Shown: positions 11,108-21,097 of the stretch, one piece after another
How positions within the stretch are numbered: position 1 is the first letter of the stretch
Layout of the letters: each line of letters starts with the position of its first letter
Assembly: GCA_965230295.1 (NCBI GenBank)
Contig: OZ246001.1
Location: 2,816,001 to 2,880,000, forward strand
Source: Marinicella sp.
Lineage (GTDB): Bacteria; Pseudomonadota; Gammaproteobacteria; Xanthomonadales; Marinicellaceae
Length of the DNA stretch: 64,000 bases
Direction of reading: 5' to 3'
Translations under genes and position numbers: made by a program
Notes under the pieces: model-generated
Seen by the model: the letters and a program-made list of their open reading frames with translations, nothing else
Told to the model about the DNA's origin: nothing
Databases searched by the model: none

Positions 11108-12574
11108 ATGATGAACAACAATCGATTAACCACCAGTGCCGGCGCTCCAGTTGCCGATGACAACAACAGCATATCCGTTGGCAGCCGCGGCCCTTTAACT
11201 TTTGACAACGTACAACTCTTTGAAAAATTGGCTCATTTTAACCGTGAACGCATTCCTGAGCGCGTGGTTCATGCCAGAGGTACCGGTGCATACGGCACCT
11301 TCACCTTAAACAAAGACCTGGGCGATTACACCATTGCCTCATTTTTACAAAAGAAAGCGACCCAAACGGATGTCTTTGTGCGGTTTTCTACCGTCGGTGG
11401 AGGCCAGGATTCAAGTGATTATGCCAGAGACCCACGGGGGTTTGCCATCAAGTTTTACACCTCCGAGGGTAATTTTGATTTGGTGGGTAACAACACCCCC
11501 GTATTTTTTCTCAATGATCCGATCAAGTTCCCAGATTTTGTTCATTCGCAAAAGAAAAACCCTCGAACAAACACCGCCGATCCGGCAGCGATGTTTGAAT
11601 TTTGGGCCAACCACCCACAATCGTTACACCAAATGACCATTCTGATGTCTGATCGAGGCATACCTTTAAGCTATCGACACATGCATGGCTTTGGTTCACA
11701 CACATTAAGCTTTTGGAATCATCAAGGTGAACGATTTTGGGTTAAATGGCATTTAAAGACCCATCAAGGTATTAAAAATGTACGCTCAGAAAATGCCCAT
11801 GAATACCCTGCTGATGGTGCACAAGCAGATCTGGTAAAAGCCATTGATGCGGGTGATTTTCCAAAATGGACGGTCCAGTTACAATTATTGTCAGAAGCAG
11901 ACACCCATAAGCTGAGTGTAAACCCATTTGATTTAACCAAAATATGGCCTCATGATGAAGTGCCGTTGGTAGACATTGGTGTTTTAGAATTGAATCGCAA
12001 TGTGAATAATTATTTCGCAGAAACTGAACAGGCCACTTTTGCACCCAGTCATTTGGTGCCTGGAATAGGTGCATCGCCAGATAAAATGCTTCAGGCACGT
12101 TTATTGGCATATCAAGATGCCCACCGTTACCGGGTGGGTGTGAATCACAATCAAATCCCAGTTAACAGGCCAAAATGCCCGGTTAATCATTACCAGCGTG
12201 ATGGTGCGATGGCCGGAATGTGTCCATATGGTCATGATGCACATGGGTCTGTCAATAATCAGGGCAGCGAGGTGAATTTTTATCCCAACGACCAAGTCAA
12301 TCAGGGCGCACCCAGGCCTGATCCGAAAGTGGCAGAACCGCCCATGCCGATGTCAGAAGATGTTTGGATCAAGCCGCATGACCAAAGCCATGAAGACTAC
12401 TTTTCTCAAGCTGGAGATCTTTATCGGTTGATGACAGATGATCAAAAAAGTCAGTTGACCTCTAACATTGCCAGCGGTCTTAAGCATGCCAATGATGACA
12501 TCAAACAACGCATGTTGGCGCAATTTGAGTCAGCGGATTCGGATTATCGATTGCGGGTAGAAGCTAAAATGTAA
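11108..12574 (+). CDS. katA: Monofunctional heme catalase
   Basis: FNRERIPERVVHARG, RFSTV, VGNNTPVFF, RLLAYQDAHRYR. Confidence 0.93.
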   Translation: MMNNNRLTTSAGAPVADDNNSISVGSRGPLTFDNVQLFEKLAHFNRERIPERVVHARGTGAYGTFTLNKDLGDYTIASFLQKKATQTDVFVRFSTVGGGQDSSDYARDPRGFAIKFYTSEGNFDLVGNNTPVFFLNDPIKFPDFVHSQKKNPRTNTADPAAMFEFWANHPQSLHQMTILMSDRGIPLSYRHMHGFGSHTLSFWNHQGERFWVKWHLKTHQGIKNVRSENAHEYPADGAQADLVKAIDAGDFPKWTVQLQLLSEADTHKLSVNPFDLTKIWPHDEVPLVDIGVLELNRNVNNYFAETEQATFAPSHLVPGIGASPDKMLQARLLAYQDAHRYRVGVNHNQIPVNRPKCPVNHYQRDGAMAGMCPYGHDAHGSVNNQGSEVNFYPNDQVNQGAPRPDPKVAEPPMPMSEDVWIKPHDQSHEDYFSQAGDLYRLMTDDQKSQLTSNIASGLKHANDDIKQRMLAQFESADSDYRLRVEAKM

Positions 12575-12775
12575 TCAGAGTGATTGACACCGCATTGAAA
12601 CGCACTTGGACACCAGAGAATTGGCAACTGTGCTAGCCAGGTCATCACGCACATACCAGATGGCCTGGCCCAACATGCAACATAAAAGTACTTGCTCAAG
12701 ATACATACAGGCATACATTAAGTTATAATTGATACCACATTGAAAATGTAGTGAACGTGATAACCAGTTTTCTGT

Positions 12776-14170
12776 ATGTATAACAACATTTATTCTGAAG
12801 TGAGTGATCTGACCGAAAGACAAACTGAAATATTGTCTTTGGTCAGTAAAGGATGCTCCAACGCCGACATTGCAAAATTGTTGAGCATATCGCCCAACAC
12901 GGTCAAAGCGCATTTGGCTACAGTACTTGAGAGACTTCATGTCAGTAACCGCACCGAAGCCTCAGTGTTGTTTGAAAAACACCTCCATGGGCAAACGGTC
13001 TTTGGGCAGGATGATCAAGAACTGAGTCCTTTTTTAAGCATCAACTTACTCTATAAAAACCTCAGCCGAACACGGGAAATTGCTGAAAATTTATCACGAT
13101 TGATATTGGGGATGGAAGTTTTTTCTGTTGAAGCCCGGGCCTCTGAAAATTTGATTGATGACAGTCATGACATCAACCAACCCTATTTGATTAAAATTGA
13201 CGACCTCAGTGAAATCAATGCAACGGTACAAATTTCTTTGTTCAGTCACGACAGAACAAACAATCATCAAGTGTTGTTGTATAAGTCTGCTCATTCACTG
13301 GAGTCATTTGAACCAGAAACATTGATCAAGCACGCCATCATCATTTACCGACAAGTATTACAGCATCAGACAGAGCAACCACACAACCAACATGATGCAA
13401 CAAACCAAATGACAAGGCAGTTGTGTGAAGTGCTTGAATGGGTAGAAGCCACCAATACCCAACAAATTCAAGCCGCTATGAAACGCTGCGAACAACTGCT
13501 TGAAGTTCGGCCCCAATGGCATCTGCTGTATGCCATCAAGGCGGTGGTGTTGTATAAAATGATCACCAATGGTTTGGCCCAAGATGTCAAAGCGGACATG
13601 GCAACTTTGGTAGAAATGGCCAGAAAATCCCTGTCATTGAAACCGGAAAGTGCTTGGTCTCAATTGGCATTTGCCTATTTTTGTGTGCTAAGTTCAGACT
13701 TGATCATGACCGAAAAACATTTGAAAGCCTGTTTAAAATCGAATCCCTGTCAATACCGAGCCAAGCAACTGTTAGGACAAATCCTGGCATTTTCTGGTCA
13801 GATGGATGCCAGTGTTGAAGTGTTTCACCAAATGTTACACGAATTTCCAGAAAGTGAATCTGCAGGGTCCAGCTGCGGCGCTTTGGCTCTGGTTCATTAC
13901 TGTGCGCAGGATTTTGAACAAAGCAAAAAAATGGCCAACCGTGCTCTGTTGTATAAGGATGCACCTCAAGTTCCAATGATGTTAACCCTGCTTGCAGTCG
14001 CACAACAGCAGCAAGATGAGGTTCAAATCGAGTCTTTATTGGCACAACTCAAGACAGCCAATATTGGTGTTGATGACATCCAAAAGTCATTACATGTGGC
14101 CGGTAAAATTGTCCCCGCTGAATATTTGCAAGGCTATTTGCGCAGCTTGCAACAAGTAGGAGTTATATAA
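12776..14170 (+). CDS. LuxR-type HTH regulator (N-terminal HTH) with C-terminal TPR-like repeats
   Basis: LTERQTEILSLVSKGCSNADIAKLLSISPNTVKAHL; helical A/L-rich TPR-like C-terminus. Confidence 0.8.
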   Translation: MYNNIYSEVSDLTERQTEILSLVSKGCSNADIAKLLSISPNTVKAHLATVLERLHVSNRTEASVLFEKHLHGQTVFGQDDQELSPFLSINLLYKNLSRTREIAENLSRLILGMEVFSVEARASENLIDDSHDINQPYLIKIDDLSEINATVQISLFSHDRTNNHQVLLYKSAHSLESFEPETLIKHAIIIYRQVLQHQTEQPHNQHDATNQMTRQLCEVLEWVEATNTQQIQAAMKRCEQLLEVRPQWHLLYAIKAVVLYKMITNGLAQDVKADMATLVEMARKSLSLKPESAWSQLAFAYFCVLSSDLIMTEKHLKACLKSNPCQYRAKQLLGQILAFSGQMDASVEVFHQMLHEFPESESAGSSCGALALVHYCAQDFEQSKKMANRALLYKDAPQVPMMLTLLAVAQQQQDEVQIESLLAQLKTANIGVDDIQKSLHVAGKIVPAEYLQGYLRSLQQVGVI

Positions 14171-14263
14171 CTTTTCTTGCCTTCAGGCCATAGCCCGTTC
14201 GGGTGATGGTGCTGTCTGCCAAATTGATTAACATGGAATCACTTAATCGCAACAGAGGTCAAA

Positions 14264-15262
14264 ATGACAAACAAAGAACAACAAATCACATTGAACGAAT
14301 TGGTGCCTGGTGACGTACTGGTGATGCAAGGAGCACAAAATGTATCCTGGCCTACCATCATTGCTGAAGGTGATATGGATGCCGCCTTGATTCAGGCAAT
14401 CATGTGGCTGACCCATTCAGATGTGTGCCATGGTGCCATCTATTATGGTGCCAACAATCAATTACACAGTTTAATTGATGATGGTGAGAAAGGGGTGGGC
14501 CAACATGGTATGACCACGGGTGACGGAAAACCTGATACTTGGTATGTACGCCGCATGAACGGTACCGAAAGCATGCAGCCAGTCTTGGCTTTGGCTATGA
14601 AATACAAAGGTGAAAAAACAGCCTATGATTGGGAGTTATTGACTTTGTTGGGCTTGTTATTGATTTATAAAAAAGTCACACCAGACAGCAGTTACTACCA
14701 AGGACTGTTGATCATTTTAGAAAAGTTGGTGGTGACCATTGATCAATTAACCCATCAATCCTCCACCCATTATTTTGTGTGTTCACAGTTTGTGGCTGCT
14801 TGTTTTGACCAAGCAGGTTCCTCATATGAGTTGGATGTCGTTGACGGCAACCTTTCGACAGGATCTTATGCCACCGGCATTTCAGTGGTTGACCATTGTG
14901 TCAGTCACATGAGTTTAAATGATCTGACTGTAAGTCAACCCATAACAGATTTGCCGTTAACAGCTGAAGACCTGAAGTTGTTGGTCGAAACAGATGAAAC
15001 TGAGGTCGCCGCTGCCCCGGCGTCAGTGGATGACCAAAATCGCATGACCCAAGCTTGTGACCAATTTCTGAAGCTGTTCTTTACTTTGAATGCTGAGTCG
15101 CTTGGCTTAAGCACTGATCAATATGCAACCGCAAAACAAAGGATGCAATTGGCACAAAAGTACCAGGCAGATTTTGTGACCCCAGCTGATTTAAAAAGCC
15201 ATTGCAGCAATTTAACACCGATAGGGATGATTGAGTTTGTATATGGTAAGGCCATGCCTTGA
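14264..15262 (+). CDS. Permuted papain-like NlpC/P60 (YiiX/YebB-like) cysteine hydrolase
   Basis: LVPGDVL, HGAIY (His first), YD, FVCSQFVA (Cys later), VTPADL: the permuted catalytic order. Confidence 0.7.
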   Translation: MTNKEQQITLNELVPGDVLVMQGAQNVSWPTIIAEGDMDAALIQAIMWLTHSDVCHGAIYYGANNQLHSLIDDGEKGVGQHGMTTGDGKPDTWYVRRMNGTESMQPVLALAMKYKGEKTAYDWELLTLLGLLLIYKKVTPDSSYYQGLLIILEKLVVTIDQLTHQSSTHYFVCSQFVAACFDQAGSSYELDVVDGNLSTGSYATGISVVDHCVSHMSLNDLTVSQPITDLPLTAEDLKLLVETDETEVAAAPASVDDQNRMTQACDQFLKLFFTLNAESLGLSTDQYATAKQRMQLAQKYQADFVTPADLKSHCSNLTPIGMIEFVYGKAMP

Positions 15263-15280
15263 CAGGCATGTATAAAGGGG

Positions 15281-15308
15281 AAGGCAGGTTGAACAACCTG
15301 CCTTTTTT
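15281..15308. terminator. Terminator hairpin between convergent genes
   Basis: AAGGCAGGTT-GAAC-AACCTGCCTT followed by a T-run. Confidence 0.8.
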
Positions 15309-15316
15309 GTGCTTGT

Positions 15317-15778
15317 TTATTTCAAACAGTACAAACGTTGATGGATGTGTTTATGCTGCCAGCCTAAGATTGGAAGGTATACTTTGCCATCCCAATCGAC
15401 AAACATGCAGAAATGGTTGAAGTCTTCACAGCCAATGGTGATTTTTGCTTTTAAGGCCACCAGGTCAAGATCATAAGAAATCGATGATTGGTTCTTGTCA
15501 ATGGTACCACCACCACTCCAAACTTCATTACCAAACAGCGAAACCTTGACCCTGAATTTGATGTGCCAATCATCACCATCCAGTTTCAAATCAGCGCAAA
15601 CGCCAATGTCCACCACCTTCAATACCCCAACGCTGGCGCAGCGTTCACTGCTGGAGGCAGATTCAGCAGCCATTTGTTGACTGATGGGATCCAATTCCAT
15701 CAGGCTCTTGGTGATGGTTTCTAATTCAGCAATGGGTTTGCCAGTCAATTTTTCTAATTGTTGGTTCAGTTCATTCAT
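15317..15778 (-). CDS. Hypothetical beta-rich protein
   Basis: 153 aa ORF with a strong RBS (TAGGAGAAAATC-ATG); no family recognised. Confidence 0.7.
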   Translation of the reverse strand: MNELNQQLEKLTGKPIAELETITKSLMELDPISQQMAAESASSSERCASVGVLKVVDIGVCADLKLDGDDWHIKFRVKVSLFGNEVWSGGGTIDKNQSSISYDLDLVALKAKITIGCEDFNHFCMFVDWDGKVYLPILGWQHKHIHQRLYCLK

Positions 15779-15994
15779 GATTTTCTCCTAAAGTTAATAT
15801 TAAAATGTCGCTATGGAATGCCGACGATTAAACTTTAGTAAAGACTGCATGATTTGGTAATTACCCGATGAGGTTAACCCGTTATGCTGAGTCACCAATT
15901 TCCCCTGATTTTCAATGACTGATTGAGTAGCCTTTGATCGTTTGATTGAGAAAAAGCTTCGTAGTCTCAGGGATGGACCCTGGCAAGGAAGCGG

Positions 15995-16261
15995 TCAATT
16001 TTTACTGTTTGAGTCTGACGTATTGCTGTCTTCGTGGTTCGGTTTAATTTCGGGTACCGGATCAAAACCACCTTCACACATGGGTTGACACCGTCCCAGT
16101 CTTTTAAAGCCTAAATACATGCCTTTAAACACCCCAAAGCGGCGTACTGCTTCTATCATGTATTCAGAACAGGTGGGGTGAAAACGACAACGATTTCCAA
16201 GCAATGGGCTGATAACATATTGATAGCCTCGCAGAAATGAAATTAATAGGCTTCTAATCAT
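15995..16261 (-). CDS. yidD: Membrane protein insertion efficiency factor
   Basis: [22 protein letters not shown]...RCQP...GGFDPVP. Confidence 0.92.
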   Translation of the reverse strand: MIRSLLISFLRGYQYVISPLLGNRCRFHPTCSEYMIEAVRRFGVFKGMYLGFKRLGRCQPMCEGGFDPVPEIKPNHEDSNTSDSNSKN

Positions 16262-16414
16262 TAAAAATGGTTGCTCATTGCGTCAGTTTCAGGTATAAAG
16301 TTCGCCTTAAAAAATAAGTTGTTCAGTGCTTCTGTTGCAGAAACATTGAAAAACAAGAAACAGTCCATATTTTAGCACGCGCTGTTATACGCGAAGCATT
16401 TAAAGGAGATAAAA

Positions 16415-16873
16415 ATGGCAGAAAGAAGTATCAATGATTTGCCCGCAGATTATGTTCCACAAATGGATTTACCTGACGGGTATGTGCCGAAAGACAAAGA
16501 TGAATACATGTGCGATGAGCATTTGGAATACTTCAGACGCAGGATTGAACAATGGAAAGAAGACTTGTTAAAAGAGTCCAATGAAACCATTGCCAATTTA
16601 CGTTCTGAAGCCCGAGACATCAGTGATGAAGCTGAAAGGGCTTCTCGAGAAACTGAAAACACATTTGAATTGAGAACCCGTGATCGGTACCGCAAATTGT
16701 TGAAAAAAATCAACAAGGCATTAGACCGGTTTAAGACAGGGGATTACGGCTATTGTGAAGAAACCGATGAAGAAATTGGTTTACCTCGGCTGATCGCCAG
16801 ACCCATTGCTACCTTGTGTATTGATGCACAAGAGCGTTGGGAACTGAAACAAAAGATAACCAAAGAAGGTTAA
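16415..16873 (+). CDS. dksA: RNA polymerase-binding protein DksA
   Basis: EYM...HLEYF, DEAERA, ELRTRDRYRKL, YGYCEE..EEIGLPRL..RP.ATLCI (2-Cys type). Confidence 0.9.
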   Translation: MAERSINDLPADYVPQMDLPDGYVPKDKDEYMCDEHLEYFRRRIEQWKEDLLKESNETIANLRSEARDISDEAERASRETENTFELRTRDRYRKLLKKINKALDRFKTGDYGYCEETDEEIGLPRLIARPIATLCIDAQERWELKQKITKEG

Positions 16874-16891
16874 TCAGGACTAACTTATACC

Positions 16892-17987
16892 ATGGAAATA
16901 GCTCCACAAGTCGCCCAATTAGATGACTTCCAACAGCGCACTGATGCGCTGTGGAGGTATCTTTGACTACGAAAACAAGAAAGAACGTCTCGAAGAAGTC
17001 AATCTAGAACTCGAAGATCCTGATGTATGGAATGATCAGGAAAAAGCCCAAGCGCTCAGTAAGGAGCGTTCCACTTTAGATCACATTGTATCCACGATCG
17101 ATGACCTCAAAACAGGAATTGTCGACGCCACAGAATTCCTGGAAATGGCCAATGAAGAAGATGATGAGGACAGCCTCAATGAAGTGCTGACCATGATCGC
17201 TGATTTAGAAGGCAAAATTGAGAAATTGGAATTTCAAAAAATGTTCTCAGGCCAAATGGACGCCAACAATGCCTTCGTTGATATTCAGGCAGGCTCTGGC
17301 GGCACCGAGGCTCAGGATTGGGCTGAAATGTTGCTGAGGATGTACCTCCGTTGGATCGAATCACGTGGCTGGAAAGGTGAATTGATTGAAGTCTCGGCAG
17401 GTGATGTGGCCGGTATCAAATCAGCCACCATTAAAGTCAATGGTGAATATGCTTTTGGTTGGCTCAGAACTGAAATTGGGGTTCATCGCTTGGTCAGAAA
17501 GTCACCCTTTGATTCCAGTAATAAACGCCACACCAGTTTTGCTGCAGTGTTTGTGTCACCTGAAATCGATGACAGTTTTGAAATCGACATCAACCCAGCG
17601 GATTTGCGGATTGATGTGTATCGATCTTCTGGTGCTGGTGGTCAGCATGTGAACAAAACAGAGTCTGCAGTGCGGATCACCCATGTGCCAACCAATACTG
17701 TTGTGCAATGTCAAAATGGCCGTTCTCAGCACCAAAACAAAGCCACAGCCATGCAACAACTGAAAGCCAAGTTGTATGAGTTGGAAATGCAAAAACGCAA
17801 TGCCGAATCTCAATCTTTAGAAGAAACCAAATCTGACATTGGTTGGGGCAGCCAAATCCGCTCTTATGTGTTGGATCAGTCACGCATTAAAGATTTGCGC
17901 ACCGGTGTTGAAAACACCAACACCCAGTCTGTATTAGATGGAAACCTTGATAAATTCATCGAAGCCAGTCTCAAACAAGGCCTATAA
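16892..17987 (+). CDS. prfB: Peptide chain release factor 2, translated via programmed +1 frameshift
   Basis: ATG 16892 gives [24 protein letters not shown], then CTT-TGA-C (16961-16967) with internal SD GGAGGT (16953-16958); the +1 frame has SPF and GGQ motifs. Confidence 0.97.
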
Positions 17988-18027
17988 TTGATGGCCTATA
18001 ACACCAAGATTAATAACAATAAGAATC

Positions 18028-19506
18028 ATGATTGAAGACAATAAACTCATCGCTGAAAGACGCGGCAAATTAGATGCCATCAGAGCGGAACGCAATGCCT
18101 ATCCCAATCAATTCAGACGCACCCATTTGGCCACTGACTTACATGCACAATACGATGCGATGGACAAGGAAACCTTGGATCCACAAAAAGTTGAAGTGGC
18201 TGTGGTCGGTCGCATGATGAGTCAGCGTTTGTTTGGTAAAGGTGGTTTTGCTGTCATCAAAGACGTTTCAGGTGACATTCAATTGTTTGTGCAACTGAAC
18301 GGTGTGGGTGAAGAGGTTTTTAATGACTTCAAGCATTGGGACATGGGTGACATTGTTTACGGAAAAGGCGTCTTGTTTAAAACCAAAACCAATGAACTGT
18401 CAGTGAAAGTTTCTGAGCTGAACCTGGTCACCAAATCACTGCGGCCACTGCCGGAAAAATTTCATGGTCTGTCTGATCAGGAAACCCGATACCGTCAGCG
18501 GTACGTTGACTTGATTGTTAACAATGAATCTGCAGATGTGTTTAAAGTCAGATCGAAAATGGTTTCGCACATAAGGCGGTTTATGGAAGACCTGGATTTT
18601 TTGGAAGTGGAAACGCCCATGATGCACATGATTCCAGGGGGCGCCACTGCCAAACCTTTTACAACGCATCACAATGCATTGGATTTGGAGTTGTATTTGC
18701 GCGTGGCTCCTGAATTGTTTTTAAAGCGTCTAACCGTTGGCGGCTTTGAAAAAGTATTTGAGATCAATCGCAATTTTCGCAATGAAGGTGTGTCAACCAA
18801 GCACAACCCGGAGTTCACCATGATGGAGTTCTATTGGGCTTATGCGGATTACGATGATTTGATGGATTTGACTGAACAACTGTTCAAGTCTTTGGCAGTC
18901 GAGGTTAAGGGAACTTCTGAGTTTAACTATCAAGGGCATGTCCTTGATTTCTCAAAACCTTTTAAGCGCCAATCAATGGCGTCATTGGTGGCAGAATACA
19001 GTGATGGCTTATCTGAAAATGACTGCAATAATTTGTCACAAATGCAAAAGTACTGTGATGACAAGGGCGTTTCATACAACAAAAAGTGGAAAAAAGGTGA
19101 GTTATTGGCGGAATTGTTCGATTTATATGTTGAAGAGAACCTCATTCAGCCCACATTTGTGACAGAATATCCCATAGAGATATCACCTTTGTCACGAAGG
19201 AATGATGAGAATCCTGAGATCACTGATCGATTTGAATTGTTCATTTGTGGAAATGAAATTGCCAATGGGTTCTCTGAGTTGAATGACCCGGAAGACCAGG
19301 CAGAACGTTTCAAACAACAGGTGGCGAATCTTGAAGCGGGGGATGACGAAGCCATGCATTACGATGCAGACTACATCCGGGCACTGGAATATGGCATGCC
19401 ACCAGCAGCCGGAGAAGGTATTGGCATTGATCGATTGGTGATGTTGTTCACAGACTCAGCTTCTATTCGTGATGTATTATTGTTTCCATATATGAAACCT
19501 GAGTAA
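18028..19506 (+). CDS. lysS: Lysine--tRNA ligase (class II)
   Basis: YRQRYVDLI, FRNEG, HNPEFTMME, GMPPAAGEGIGIDRL; prfB-lysS synteny. Confidence 0.97.
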   Translation: MIEDNKLIAERRGKLDAIRAERNAYPNQFRRTHLATDLHAQYDAMDKETLDPQKVEVAVVGRMMSQRLFGKGGFAVIKDVSGDIQLFVQLNGVGEEVFNDFKHWDMGDIVYGKGVLFKTKTNELSVKVSELNLVTKSLRPLPEKFHGLSDQETRYRQRYVDLIVNNESADVFKVRSKMVSHIRRFMEDLDFLEVETPMMHMIPGGATAKPFTTHHNALDLELYLRVAPELFLKRLTVGGFEKVFEINRNFRNEGVSTKHNPEFTMMEFYWAYADYDDLMDLTEQLFKSLAVEVKGTSEFNYQGHVLDFSKPFKRQSMASLVAEYSDGLSENDCNNLSQMQKYCDDKGVSYNKKWKKGELLAELFDLYVEENLIQPTFVTEYPIEISPLSRRNDENPEITDRFELFICGNEIANGFSELNDPEDQAERFKQQVANLEAGDDEAMHYDADYIRALEYGMPPAAGEGIGIDRLVMLFTDSASIRDVLLFPYMKPE

Positions 19507-19512
19507 AGAGAA

Positions 19513-19860
19513 ATGAGTGACAGCCAAGGCATAAGATATGCCAGAAAAACCATCGATGCATCTTGCCTCCTTCTACACAAAGGACACTCTTGTGTCACGC
19601 GTGTGAGAAACATTTCAGCATCCGGTATTTTGGTTGAACCCATAGAAGATGAGTGCATAAAAGACCTTGTGCTCAATGCCATTTGTATTTTGGAAATAGT
19701 AGTCAACGAAACTTTCAATTTACATGTGTCATCCAAAGTCACTCGAATTTCTGATAACCAAATCGCTTTACATTACATTTCGATTCCAGAAGATAAGCAA
19801 GTGGCCTTGTGGCAGTTGTTGGGTGATCATGTGCATGAAGTCGAAACATACGGCACCTAA
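19513..19860 (+). CDS. Stand-alone PilZ-domain protein
   Basis: RYAR and NISASG motifs, beta-barrel pattern. Confidence 0.65.
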   Translation: MSDSQGIRYARKTIDASCLLLHKGHSCVTRVRNISASGILVEPIEDECIKDLVLNAICILEIVVNETFNLHVSSKVTRISDNQIALHYISIPEDKQVALWQLLGDHVHEVETYGT

Positions 19861-19896
19861 ACCCTTTCCTTTGCATTAACTCAATCAGCGGCTTCG

Positions 19897-20508
19897 ATGT
19901 CTGTATACCTGAGTTTTATCATGACCTCCATTTTATTGGCTCTGACACCAGGGCCTGATGTGTTGTTGGTGGTGGCCATAGCGGCCAAAGAAGGGTTTAA
20001 AAAGGCATTGATGCTGACCTTGGGTTTAGCCAGCGGTGTCATTTTCCATACATTATTGATCATCCTTGGATTCTCTGCGATGATCATAGCCAGCCCGTAT
20101 GCCATGAAAGGCATCGCTGTTTTTGGTGCTTGTTACTTATTGTATTTGGCCTGGCTAACCTGGCAACACCGTTCTGATGTCATCACCGCTGATGCCCAAA
20201 AGATAAAAGGCTCATATTTTTGGCGGGGTGTCATCATGAACATTTCAAACCCCAAAGTGTTGCTGTTTTTCCTGGCGTTATTTCCTCAATTCGCCATGCT
20301 GGATCAGCCGGGATATCACTGGCGCATTGCGGTGTTGGGTTTGTTGTTTATTGCGGTCACTATTTTGGTGTTTGGTGGTCTGGCTTTTCTGACGGCTAAA
20401 AGTACGCAAAACTTCATGCAAAACCCCAAGTTTAAATTGGGCATGGATTACTTGACGGTCGGTATTTTTGTGTTGTTGGCCAGCCTGTTGATTTATTCAG
20501 TATTTTAA
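19897..20508 (+). CDS. LysE/RhtB family translocator
   Basis: LTPGPD, GACYLLYL, NISNPK motifs. Confidence 0.9.
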   Translation: MSVYLSFIMTSILLALTPGPDVLLVVAIAAKEGFKKALMLTLGLASGVIFHTLLIILGFSAMIIASPYAMKGIAVFGACYLLYLAWLTWQHRSDVITADAQKIKGSYFWRGVIMNISNPKVLLFFLALFPQFAMLDQPGYHWRIAVLGLLFIAVTILVFGGLAFLTAKSTQNFMQNPKFKLGMDYLTVGIFVLLASLLIYSVF

Positions 20509-20509
20509 G

Positions 20510-21094
20510 ATGCTGCTGAAACCGGTTTTTATCCTCCAGATATTCATTCTATTTGCTCATGAGGCTGCATCAAATGACAACAAACCGGTGAATGAATTCT
20601 CGTACACCACAACCACTCAAGATCAGATTGAAATCAAGGGCACCCATCGCTTTGTTACTCGCGTGGTTTCTTGTTTGGATCTGATTAAAACTAATGACCT
20701 TGAGTCCTATGAGTTTATCAACAAATACATCGGTGTTATTAAACAACATCCCACCAGTGGCATGGATGCAGCTGCCGATCCACCTACGTTTGAAATGAGT
20801 ACAAAGACGGCATTTTATTCCCTGACCTGGTGTGCCAGCAGCATTGCACATGATGCTTATCATTCTTACCTGTACCAGAAACATCGGCCGAAGTTAGGGT
20901 CCAAATCTCAGCACAAAATGTGGATGGGGGCCAGAGCGGAAGGCAAATCCATTCATTTTCAAAGGCGGGTGTCACAAAGAATTGGTGCACCTCCCGAGGA
21001 ACTTAACTACTTGTTGAACCTCAAGGGTACCCATTCTGATTTGGATGGGGATGGTCGCTTCACCCAAAAAGATTATGAAAAGCGTGATTGGTAG
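20510..21094 (+). CDS. Secreted hypothetical protein with zincin-like HDxxH and C-terminal EF-hand-like loop
   Basis: Signal peptide; IAHDAYH; DLDGDGRFTQKD. Confidence 0.6.
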   Translation: MLLKPVFILQIFILFAHEAASNDNKPVNEFSYTTTTQDQIEIKGTHRFVTRVVSCLDLIKTNDLESYEFINKYIGVIKQHPTSGMDAAADPPTFEMSTKTAFYSLTWCASSIAHDAYHSYLYQKHRPKLGSKSQHKMWMGARAEGKSIHFQRRVSQRIGAPPEELNYLLNLKGTHSDLDGDGRFTQKDYEKRDW

Positions 21095-21097
21095 CAG

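Noticed and set aside
16923-16964. prfB start [14 protein letters not shown], or a prfB pseudogene
   Set aside because: Explained by the canonical programmed frameshift.
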